Virus record (IMG/VR): IMGVR_UViG_3300023212_000175
Coordinates: 1-43,152 of that record
DNA from: a virus
Direction: 5' to 3' (one strand)
DNA length: 43,152 nt
Each line of letters begins with the position of its first letter. Position 1 is the first letter of the stretch. Made by a program: the position numbers and the translations under genes. Below the pieces are notes generated by a model that saw only the letters and a list, made by a program, of their open reading frames with translations, had not been told where the DNA came from and made no database searches. This document shows positions 15,129-23,472 of the stretch, piece by piece.

Positions 15129-16291
15129 CAGAATCTACGGTTGAATTAGAGCCACCCGAGAGATTCTTTTGGTGGAGCGGATTAGCTGCCATTTCAGCGG
15201 TAGTGAGGAAAAATGTTTTTTTGAATCGATTTAGTTACATTCTATATCCTAATATTTATGTCGTTCTGGTGTCATCAAAATCAGGACTGAGGAAGGGTAT
15301 ACCTATAGGGTATGCTAGATCTATCGTTAAGCATCTTGATTGTACCCGCGTTGTATCCGGTGCTACCTCAGTTCCCGCTCTTCTTGAAGAACTCGGTAAT
15401 CAAAGAACAACTGCGAGTGGTAAAGTTTTTTCGGACGCGCAAGCATTCATCTGTGCCCCTGAACTTGATGGTTTTCTTGTTCAGGATGATAAATCTCTCG
15501 TAGTTTTGACTGACATTCATAACACACACGAACACGAAGATGGATACGAGAAGAACCTGAAGTCGGGGCGCGTGTTTTTGAAAAGCCCTTGTATTACCCT
15601 TTTGGGAGCATCAAATGAAGTTCTCTTTGAGGATTTTGTTCGGGCTCGTGATGTTGAGGGAGGCTTTCTTGCTAGGACCTTTATCGTTCACGAGTCCAAG
15701 AGACGTCGTAATAATTCACTCATGTGGAAACCAGATCAACTCGTCGAGCGCTCGGTACTAGCACAGAATCTTGAACGTCTTGTTAGTCTTACGGGTGTAT
15801 TTCAAATTCCCGAACAAGCCAGACATCATTATAATGATTGGTATAATGAAATTTCGAATTCAGGATTCGATGATCGGACAGGTTCAATCGAGCGTATTGG
15901 TGATCAGGTTCTTAAGGTAGCAATGCTTGTTAGTCTTTCTAAATCTAACAATTTAGAGATAACCGTAGAAGACTTGGATACCGCAATACAACGTTGTGAA
16001 GAAGCCGTAGTTGGTACCAAAAAGGTCTCAATGGGGCAGGGACGATCTGAAGTAACACCCATTGTTTCCGAAATCATAAAACTTTTAGTTGACGCTCCCG
16101 AACAAGAAGTCGAACGTGCGAAACTCTTAGACAAAACCAAGTGTGAGCCCCTGCAATTAGATCGCGCCTTAGATACTTTAATTCAGAGAGATATGATTGA
16201 TGGTCCTTTTCGTAAGCAAGGAAGCAAAAAGTTTTTCTACAAGATGAAAAAATCAGTCTACGAGAAGTATTTGAAGATAAGAGAAATATGA
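15098..16291 (+). CDS. Putative replication ATPase/helicase (DUF3987-like)
   Basis: 397 aa with a GTG start. The N-terminal pattern ERFFWWSGLAAISAVV...PNIYVVLVSSKSGLRKG resembles DUF3987 proteins with a degenerate P-loop. Not verified by any search. Confidence 0.4.
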   Translation: MADKSWLDVLTESTVELEPPERFFWWSGLAAISAVVRKNVFLNRFSYILYPNIYVVLVSSKSGLRKGIPIGYARSIVKHLDCTRVVSGATSVPALLEELGNQRTTASGKVFSDAQAFICAPELDGFLVQDDKSLVVLTDIHNTHEHEDGYEKNLKSGRVFLKSPCITLLGASNEVLFEDFVRARDVEGGFLARTFIVHESKRRRNNSLMWKPDQLVERSVLAQNLERLVSLTGVFQIPEQARHHYNDWYNEISNSGFDDRTGSIERIGDQVLKVAMLVSLSKSNNLEITVEDLDTAIQRCEEAVVGTKKVSMGQGRSEVTPIVSEIIKLLVDAPEQEVERAKLLDKTKCEPLQLDRALDTLIQRDMIDGPFRKQGSKKFFYKMKKSVYEKYLKIREI

Positions 16292-16677
16292 ACTTTTCAA
16301 AGTTTTGGATTGACGAGTGTGAAGATTGTCCTCCAGATACAATCAGATTTATCAAAGACGGTAAAATTGTTCACGAAATAAGGAACATTGGAATGCCTCA
16401 AGATCCATTACTAACGCGAATCTCATGGGAGCAGTACATTAAAATCCATGAATTCAAACCAGGACATATTTATATTGTCCTCTTTGACCCTGCAGTCCTC
16501 GGCGTCGGTGATATTACTAAATTCGGAAAGGATATTCCTTTAGAATACCCAGATGTGGAGATAATTTTCGTCCCAGTACAAGGAAAGGTGGAAGAGGCAA
16601 CGATAACTCTTGAACAAGTGGAGTTTATAAAACAATGGCTCAGGGAAGTAGAATCACGTTTACAGAAAGAGAGCTAG
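16288..16677 (+). CDS. Hypothetical protein
   Basis: 129-aa ORF with ATGA overlap. Confidence 0.65.
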   Translation: MNFSKFWIDECEDCPPDTIRFIKDGKIVHEIRNIGMPQDPLLTRISWEQYIKIHEFKPGHIYIVLFDPAVLGVGDITKFGKDIPLEYPDVEIIFVPVQGKVEEATITLEQVEFIKQWLREVESRLQKES

Positions 16678-16886
16678 AACTTCTTGATCTAGTAGCAGAG
16701 GGTCATGAAGCTCCTGCAATCTCACGAATAATGCATATTTCGAGGTCAACGGTGCTAATTCATCGTCATAGAGTACGTCAAAAAATAGGTCTTAAGCCAG
16801 GAGATTCTTTGCGATTGTGGCTTAAGAACAATGGTTGGGATGTCTATTGGAGAGACGGAAAGGTATGGTCACCAAGTTGTGATTAA
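16635..16886 (+). CDS. LuxR/GerE-type helix-turn-helix transcription regulator
   Basis: TERELELLDLVAEGHEAPAISRIMHISRSTVLIHRHRVRQKIGL matches the LuxR C-terminal HTH. It is the last gene of the early arm. Confidence 0.8.
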   Translation: MAQGSRITFTERELELLDLVAEGHEAPAISRIMHISRSTVLIHRHRVRQKIGLKPGDSLRLWLKNNGWDVYWRDGKVWSPSCD

Positions 16887-18799
16887 TCTTTTTCCAATTT
16901 CTTGATTTCACGATCAGCCTTCACGATAAAGCCCTCCTTTTTAAGTCTTTGAACTGCTGCTTTAAGGCTCTCCCCACGAGCTTTAGCTTCAGCTCGAACC
17001 GCTTCAGGAAGGATAACTTTTTGTTCTTTTTTCGGCGTTTTCTCTTCTACAGTGATTTTACCTTTTCCACGATATTCGTACTCAGGAGCCTCTCCACCTT
17101 CTTTGAGGTGTGGATACTCCTTTAGAAGGTCGTCCACACTCATGTTCAGGGTATCCGCAACTTTCTTGAGTTCTTCGGCACTAGGCGCACCTTTCTTGGA
17201 CATTTGCAATGGTGGCTCGTAGGGTTTGCCAAGGTCTTTGAGGTTTTCGCGTTTTACATTGAACGGATTAGCACCAGCCTCTTCAGGTGGAGGTGGAATG
17301 TTTGCACCTTCTTGATAAAGCTGCAATCTTCTTTGCCTCGGAGTGTACATTCCGCTCTCGGACGCGCGCGCGAGGCCCTTTTTACCTCCGTAAACAGGAA
17401 CTTCACCGGCGGGGGGCATTGGAATCGCTCCTGTCCCCTGTGGAATTGCAGGACCCGTTGGTTGTGGTGGTTGATATTCTCCCGAGATTCCAGGACCTGG
17501 AGGTAATCCTTGAGCGGGTGGCATTTCTGTTGCCGGCTGTCCACCATAAAATGGACCTTTTTGTCCTCTGATATCAACAGAAGGAACGTTAAGAGCAGGT
17601 CTTCCTTGCGCCATCCCTCCCCAAGGATTGTAAGGACCACCTGAAGGAGCGGGTTCGGCATTAATGGGACCAGCATTCCTTTCGGGTACCGAAAAGTTTT
17701 GAAGACCTTGTTTAAAACCTCGAATCATTGCGGGTACCTTACTTCCAGCAAGGCCTCCCATGGCCATCCCAGGACCCGCGCCAACATAGTAAGGTAAGCC
17801 AAGACCGTGCGCTGCCCCCGCTCCGGCTGCCCCACCAGCCGCAGAACCAACAGCCGCTCCAGGCTTTGAATATCCAGGCTCGCTAAATGCACCGCGAGTT
17901 GCACTCGGAATAGCTGCTTCTGGATAAGCACGAGCGGCCGCTGGAATGCGAGATCCTAGACCCGCTTGACCAAGGCTAACCACCCAATCCGCAGCCTCTT
18001 CTGGTTTCATAGCTCCTCTAGAAGCCCTTAGGACGGAACCTAAAATAGGAATACTTTCGAGAGACATTCCCCTTTCGAGGCTCTCCGGAGTGACTACATC
18101 GCCCCCTCCAAAGCCAGTTCCAGTAGGACCTGAAATTACATTTTTGGGGTTCAACGCGCGCCCAATCGCTCCAGGAATGCCCTTGAAAACATTTGTAGCA
18201 TAGTTTTTGGTTGCTGTGACTGGGCTTGGGACCTCCTTAACGGCCGTACGTCCTTGTTGTTGAGCACCTTTAACAGCCCTAGTTCCTTCCTTTTTCTCCA
18301 GATTTCTGCGTGCATATTCCGTCCGAGCTAGTGCTTTTAATTCATCGTCAGAGGCATTATCGGGAGCATTAATTCTGAATTGTTCCCCTTTGACTTCAAG
18401 AACGTATTCCATGGGTTTTCCAGTACCTCCAACATAACCACCACCAAAGACAGAGTTCAAGTATTTTTGTGTTTCAGGAAAAGGAGGGACACCACCATAA
18501 CGGGTAACGGCACCAGGACCAGCATTATATGCTGCAACCGCAAGACGATCATCTCCAAATCGATCGGTAAGTTCTCGCAGATACTTAGCCGCGCCATCGA
18601 TTGCTTGTTCTGGATTTTTCGGATCTATACCAAGATACCCAGCCGTCTCCGGCATTATTTGAGCTACTCCCTGAGCACCTTTAGGAGAATCAGGGGTGTT
18701 AACATTTCCACGAGATTCAGCATGAATTATTCCAGCAAGAATACTCCTTTTTACTCCGTGCTCTTTAGAGCTTTTGTCAATCAATTCTTCAATAGTCAT
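16883..18799 (-). CDS. Internal virion/ejection protein with an N-terminal lytic transglycosylase (SLT) domain and a long Gly/Pro/Ala-rich C-terminal region (T7 gp16 analogue)
   Basis: SLT motifs: IIHAESRGN, GVAQIMPETAGYLG and VAAYNAGPGAV. It is the last gene of the late arm. The C-terminal two thirds are low complexity. Confidence 0.8.
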   Translation of the reverse strand: MTIEELIDKSSKEHGVKRSILAGIIHAESRGNVNTPDSPKGAQGVAQIMPETAGYLGIDPKNPEQAIDGAAKYLRELTDRFGDDRLAVAAYNAGPGAVTRYGGVPPFPETQKYLNSVFGGGYVGGTGKPMEYVLEVKGEQFRINAPDNASDDELKALARTEYARRNLEKKEGTRAVKGAQQQGRTAVKEVPSPVTATKNYATNVFKGIPGAIGRALNPKNVISGPTGTGFGGGDVVTPESLERGMSLESIPILGSVLRASRGAMKPEEAADWVVSLGQAGLGSRIPAAARAYPEAAIPSATRGAFSEPGYSKPGAAVGSAAGGAAGAGAAHGLGLPYYVGAGPGMAMGGLAGSKVPAMIRGFKQGLQNFSVPERNAGPINAEPAPSGGPYNPWGGMAQGRPALNVPSVDIRGQKGPFYGGQPATEMPPAQGLPPGPGISGEYQPPQPTGPAIPQGTGAIPMPPAGEVPVYGGKKGLARASESGMYTPRQRRLQLYQEGANIPPPPEEAGANPFNVKRENLKDLGKPYEPPLQMSKKGAPSAEELKKVADTLNMSVDDLLKEYPHLKEGGEAPEYEYRGKGKITVEEKTPKKEQKVILPEAVRAEAKARGESLKAAVQRLKKEGFIVKADREIKKLEKD

Positions 18800-18993
18800 T
18801 AGCTTTGTTTTTTAAACAGAAGACTCCTCATGAGTTCGAGGTTATACTCAAGACTTATTATTTTGCTCTTAAGTGCATTGTTCTCTCTTTGCAAATCGAT
18901 ATTATTTTGACTGATTTTCTGCCACATTTTGGACAATCCTAGAGACTCCTCATGAGCCAACGATAATTCATCTTCAATATCTCTATCGTCCAT
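18799..18993 (-). CDS. Small coiled-coil protein
   Basis: 64-aa ORF whose start and stop both overlap neighbouring genes. Confidence 0.6.
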   Translation of the reverse strand: MDDRDIEDELSLAHEESLGLSKMWQKISQNNIDLQRENNALKSKIISLEYNLELMRSLLFKKQS

Positions 18994-20531
18994 TATCTAC
19001 CACCGCGTGTGATGATTTTTATGTCCTCATCTCCTACTTCTTCTTTCTTTTTTCCAGGACCAAGAATACCCTCCATCGTATTTTGCGCGCCTCTCTCTTC
19101 CGCATCAAGAGCACCGAGAAAACGTTGATATATTTGTTTTGCACTAGGACTTGAGGTTCTCAAAAGTTGAATGACCTGCCATGCTGGCCTGTTACCGCCC
19201 AAAAGACGAGCCTCACGAAGCATGTTCATTTTAATGAAAGATAAAAGCTCCTGCTCCTTTTCAGGATCAACTAGTCCTGTAGGATTTCCACCCCAATTAC
19301 CTTCGAAGTCTTGAATTCGACCTAAGATAGGTCCAAGATTTGCCTGTATTTGTGGATCGTCAATGAGCTCCCTTAAAGTCTTCGCGTGTTGAAGAGTAAT
19401 TTGAGCGGCATCAACAAGTACTTTATCTGCCGCGGGAGGAATGACTTGAATCGGGACAGCCGCGAGCAAATCCCTTCTTTTTATATCGGAATATCCCTTA
19501 GCATAATCCATAGCTTGTTCTGGATGTGTAGAGGCAAAATTACGGAACTGCTCGATTTCTTGTGGAGTAGCACCTTCGGCCCTTTTCACATTCAATTTTG
19601 CAGTTGCAGTTCTTTCTTCCTTCAAAGCTGGAGTCTCTCTTGCTTGTGCAGATTCAGCTTCCCACTGATCAACCAATTCAGGAGGAGGGGTTTGATAGTT
19701 ATTGGTCATTAAATAGTTGCGGTATTTCATCGCAATTGAAGTCCTTGGTTCAGATCCCGAAAGCTTCATTTTAGGCTGCAAACTGCCGGGTTCAAAAGAT
19801 TCAGCGGTGTACACTGTACCATCGTCTCCCATATAATGAATAGACTTCCCAGCCTTATCGTGCACACGAGAAAGGTTGTCGACAGGAGTGCCATCTTTCA
19901 GTTTACCAGTGAAAGTATCTTTGGTTTCAAAAATTGCACTTTCAGGGTGTTGCAACCTTGTAATCTCTTCCTTTCCTGTGAATTCGGAGGTTCCTGGTCT
20001 GAGCGCGCGTTCTTCGGCTGCTTCACGTGACTCTCTAGCTTTTTCTGCACCGGCGCGAGATACCTCTGCTCTACGTCTTTCACCTAGTTCCCCGATTTTA
20101 GCGGTCGATTCGGCCTCCCCAATTTCAACACCAGACTTTTTCTCAGCTTCTCCAAGTCTTTGTTGGAATTGTCTTTGTTGTTCAGCAAATGGACCTTCTT
20201 TGACGTAACGATTCATCTCCATACCGACCAAAGGATTTCTCGTTAAAATTCCAGTTCCGATACCCGCAAGGATCCCTCCAAGACGACGACCAAAAGAAGG
20301 TTTGTACTGTGAAAGCTGCGGCCCAGTTCCAATCATAGATTCATACGCGCGCGTCGCTGGATAGAACGTTGCTTCTGGGGGAGTTACGAATTGAGTGTCA
20401 GGACGAGGAATCACTCCCATATCTGGAGGCTCTTGTTCTGGAGCGGCAGGCGGTGGTCCTGATGCCTGCATTAAAGCTTGCTGAAGCTGTCTCTGCCTTA
20501 ACATTTCGAGAACGTCATTTGGTGAACTCAT
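18993..20531 (-). CDS. Putative internal virion/ejection protein (T7 gp15-position analogue)
   Basis: 512 aa, helical and charged. The call rests on its position between two other ejection-type proteins. Confidence 0.45.
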   Translation of the reverse strand: MSSPNDVLEMLRQRQLQQALMQASGPPPAAPEQEPPDMGVIPRPDTQFVTPPEATFYPATRAYESMIGTGPQLSQYKPSFGRRLGGILAGIGTGILTRNPLVGMEMNRYVKEGPFAEQQRQFQQRLGEAEKKSGVEIGEAESTAKIGELGERRRAEVSRAGAEKARESREAAEERALRPGTSEFTGKEEITRLQHPESAIFETKDTFTGKLKDGTPVDNLSRVHDKAGKSIHYMGDDGTVYTAESFEPGSLQPKMKLSGSEPRTSIAMKYRNYLMTNNYQTPPPELVDQWEAESAQARETPALKEERTATAKLNVKRAEGATPQEIEQFRNFASTHPEQAMDYAKGYSDIKRRDLLAAVPIQVIPPAADKVLVDAAQITLQHAKTLRELIDDPQIQANLGPILGRIQDFEGNWGGNPTGLVDPEKEQELLSFIKMNMLREARLLGGNRPAWQVIQLLRTSSPSAKQIYQRFLGALDAEERGAQNTMEGILGPGKKKEEVGDEDIKIITRGGR

Positions 20532-20541
20532 ATTTCCTCAT

Positions 20542-21429
20542 TTAGAAAGCGTGAGTAAAGCTCACTGGATTAGCACCACCTACAGCACCAATTCCCTGCA
20601 TGATATTACCGAATAAACCGGGATTTTTAGACAGATTTGTTAAAAAGCTAATCGCTTCTTCTTGAGTATTAAACTGAAGTCCCATTGACTGTAAGAGCTG
20701 ATTTCCCTGTGCGGTTAATTGCCCAGTGCTCGTATCATACAGACCCTGCAAACCCTGAGTTCCCGCGCGAGATCCAGCAGCAACACCACCTTCGAGACCA
20801 AGTTGTTGACCAAACCCCGCTTCACGCGCACCAGCAACATTTGCAGCGGTTGTTCCAAGACCTCCAAGACCCGCTAATTTATTTGCATTTATTTGCTGAT
20901 CCAAAGCAGTTTGGGCATTCAAAGTCGCATTAGCCTGATCTTGTGCCAAATTACGAGCCATCATAGCAGTTTCTCCAGCAACGTTACCACCCTGCGCGGC
21001 CGCTCGTCTCTGCAATTGTTGCTGAAGAACGTCGTAATCAGAAGTGACTCCAGATGTCGCTTGATTCAAGAAGCGATCTTTCGCGGCTTGGTCATAACCC
21101 CCGGTCTGAGCAAAATCTGTATAGCCTCCAGTCAACGTAGCTAATTGATTGGGATCGTAGCCTCCAGTTTGAGTGAATCCCTGAGAAGTTGAACGTAAAC
21201 CTTGCAATTGAGTAGGATCATATCCACCAGTCGTTTGCATATTCTCGAAACCAGCTTTGGCTTCTTGTCCTGTCTGTCCTTGAAATTGACTCGTAGATCC
21301 TGGAGCAGCAGGAGCGCCTATTCCAGTTTGGCTCATTAAACCTTGTTGGACGGGTTGTAGCTGCTGTTGACCCTGATTGTAAATGCTATTAGCCTTATTT
21401 GTAGCGTCTTGTGTCTGACTTTTTGCCAT
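20542..21429 (-). CDS. Gln/Gly-rich repeat protein (TGGYD repeats), putative internal virion protein
   Basis: 295 aa. Four spaced copies: QTTGGYDPTQLQGL, TQTGGYDPNQLATL, TGGYTDFA and QTGGYDQAA. Confidence 0.5.
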   Translation of the reverse strand: MAKSQTQDATNKANSIYNQGQQQLQPVQQGLMSQTGIGAPAAPGSTSQFQGQTGQEAKAGFENMQTTGGYDPTQLQGLRSTSQGFTQTGGYDPNQLATLTGGYTDFAQTGGYDQAAKDRFLNQATSGVTSDYDVLQQQLQRRAAAQGGNVAGETAMMARNLAQDQANATLNAQTALDQQINANKLAGLGGLGTTAANVAGAREAGFGQQLGLEGGVAAGSRAGTQGLQGLYDTSTGQLTAQGNQLLQSMGLQFNTQEEAISFLTNLSKNPGLFGNIMQGIGAVGGANPVSFTHAF

Positions 21430-21800
21430 CAGTCTACCTCCAAATACAGAGGAATGCCAGTCGCACGGACGAAACCTAAATGACTTTCAAGGATTTTAGC
21501 ATACTCTTCTGAGTCTGCGAAGACGTGTGCGCTCTTAATTCCTTTTTTCATAAGGTCTTCTGCAATCGCTTTCCCAGCCTCTTGCCAGAGCCTCGCTTTA
21601 GTAATTCGAGGAAGATCGTTTTTCAAAATAAGAATAAGTTCAGAGGTTCTTCTTCCAAAGATTGCTCCAACAACTTCGTCACCATTACAAATCGTGAGTT
21701 GAGAGACGTAAGACGGGTCCATGATTTTCGGCAGAGGAAAATCCCCTGAATGCATTCTCTCTATCCTTATCAAATCAGCGAGTTGTATTTCTCTAATCAT
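21429..21800 (-). CDS. Small alpha/beta protein, possibly GNAT-like acetyltransferase fold (weak)
   Basis: 123 aa. The C-terminal AKILESHLGFVRATG resembles the end of a GNAT domain. The canonical Q/RxxGxG/A motif is not seen. Confidence 0.3.
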   Translation of the reverse strand: MIREIQLADLIRIERMHSGDFPLPKIMDPSYVSQLTICNGDEVVGAIFGRRTSELILILKNDLPRITKARLWQEAGKAIAEDLMKKGIKSAHVFADSEEYAKILESHLGFVRATGIPLYLEVD

Positions 21801-22003
21801 CCAATATAAGCGTATGGAAGCTGTACGCCCCCCTGATTTGGATTAATCACAAAATCAAAAATAGACACTGAGTAACTGTATCCAGCTACTTTATCTTCCT
21901 GCAATAAAGTGATAGTGCCAGTTCCAACGCCAGCATAAGTTGTTATTTGGGTAAAAGTATAATTTCCTTCGAGAACAAAATTGTGGGTTACAAACGTTGA
22001 CAT
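21797..22003 (-). CDS. Hypothetical small beta-rich protein
   Basis: 68-aa ORF with ATGA coupling. Confidence 0.55.
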   Translation of the reverse strand: MSTFVTHNFVLEGNYTFTQITTYAGVGTGTITLLQEDKVAGYSYSVSIFDFVINPNQGGVQLPYAYIG

Positions 22004-22015
22004 ATTTCTTCTCTT

Positions 22016-22969
22016 CTAACTGGTTGCTACCCAAATATTAGGCAATTGTTGATTACCTATAGCATACCAATTGTGGCCAAAAAAAGTTGTTGTTGTATCA
22101 CCGACTATGCTCATATCGAAAATAGCTACACAATCCCAAAGCATCCCGACTATTTTAGCGTAGGAGACTGGAGGATTTGTATTGGCTACATCTGTCCACG
22201 CGACCCAAGGGTCAAAGGTCCAAAAACTGCCGTCATAAAACTGGAACGTTAGACCTTGAGAGTTAGTCGCTGCGTAACCCTTAGCCATCGGGCCAAATAA
22301 CTGAAACCATCCAGCCAACTGGTTCGACGCAGCGCCGCCCTGGTCCACTAAGTTTGAATTGATGATTCCCTGGAATGGACTCTGATTAAAACCCGAATTT
22401 CCAGTCGCGTCAAAGTCCAACGGATTAGTAGTCAAATTAGCATTAGGAGTAGACCTTAAACTAACTGGCACAATAGTATTATTAGATGCTGAACTACCTC
22501 CTATCAAGTAACCTAAGGCTGTTACTGCTGAACCGGCAAGAAACGCTGGTACCCAAGGACATCCTCCCATGGCAAAGACTTGATAATCACCATAAACGCC
22601 CGGAACTACAATCCAAAAGTAATACGGTCCACATATTACTCTAAAATTACTAGTTGCCTGAACTTTAAGACTAACACCATTGCCCGCTCCGCTAACTCCG
22701 ACTAGAGTCCCAGAAACGTTCTGAAGAGAAATTTGAATGGTCGCTTGATTTACTGTGTTTAGAAGACCATTATCCTTAAATCTAAAACGCATTTGCATAT
22801 TCTGAGGAGAATTGACAGTCTGCATTAGAAGATTAGTAGTCCCACCACCCGATATAACGGTCCAATTAGACGCAGTTAGAGCGGCCTGAATACCGGCGAT
22901 TAAGGCAGATGTAGTCGCACCAGCGAAAGTTGAAGTAGTAATAGGTCCACCAGAAAATTGAATACTCAT
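22016..22969 (-). CDS. Putative tail fibre / receptor-binding protein
   Basis: 317 aa, rich in Gly/Ser/Thr/Asn/Trp (beta-type composition). It lies downstream of the large tail protein. Called on position and composition only. Confidence 0.4.
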   Translation of the reverse strand: MSIQFSGGPITTSTFAGATTSALIAGIQAALTASNWTVISGGGTTNLLMQTVNSPQNMQMRFRFKDNGLLNTVNQATIQISLQNVSGTLVGVSGAGNGVSLKVQATSNFRVICGPYYFWIVVPGVYGDYQVFAMGGCPWVPAFLAGSAVTALGYLIGGSSASNNTIVPVSLRSTPNANLTTNPLDFDATGNSGFNQSPFQGIINSNLVDQGGAASNQLAGWFQLFGPMAKGYAATNSQGLTFQFYDGSFWTFDPWVAWTDVANTNPPVSYAKIVGMLWDCVAIFDMSIVGDTTTTFFGHNWYAIGNQQLPNIWVATS

Positions 22970-23472
22970 TGGAGAGTCCCGTTAAGTTGTAAGGTTGCTT
23001 GTTTTCCGGTTATATCCGGTCCATTACAAATCGCGCGCGCCCAAGAGCCAGCTGGAATAGTTGCTATAGCAAACGACGTTACCGGAGTCGGGACATTTAC
23101 ATTCAAATTAAATAGCAATAAACTTTTCAAGATCGTTTTCCATGTGGTATTATCTGCAGAGATTTGAATATCAAAAGTCGCCTGACTTACCGATCCAGCA
23201 GATACCATCTCAAGATAAACAAAACTTGGAACAGCCGCGCGAGATAAGAAAACATGATTAGTTTCTGATCCAACTATTAATTGAGGAAAAATAAACGTTG
23301 CAAGAGTTACTCCAAACGTTCCACCACCAATCACCTGTTGTGCATTATAAAGAGTCTTTATGGCGTTATCTAGAGCGTCAAACGTCCGAGCAGAAATAAT
23401 AGCAATATCCCGCGGCGTTTTATTTACCGTCTCTCTGAGTTCGCCGTAAAGATATCTTATGCTCTGGATCAT
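22966..23472 (-). CDS. Hypothetical structural protein
   Basis: 168-aa ORF coupled to both neighbours. Confidence 0.55.
   Translation of the reverse strand: MIQSIRYLYGELRETVNKTPRDIAIISARTFDALDNAIKTLYNAQQVIGGGTFGVTLATFIFPQLIVGSETNHVFLSRAAVPSFVYLEMVSAGSVSQATFDIQISADNTTWKTILKSLLLFNLNVNVPTPVTSFAIATIPAGSWARAICNGPDITGKQATLQLNGTLQ

Noticed and set aside
14605-15192. 195-aa minus-strand ORF, and the alternative + frame 14887..15081
   Set aside because: The minus ORF is antisense to three coupled early genes. For the + alternatives, the 14883..15128 frame has the TAATG coupling and the conserved Cys pattern, so the other frame was dropped.
17204-17931. Several 68-140-aa ORFs in other frames within the SLT/ejection protein gene
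   Set aside because: They are typical shadow ORFs of a Gly/Pro-rich (GC-rich codon) region. The main frame is a continuous 638 aa.
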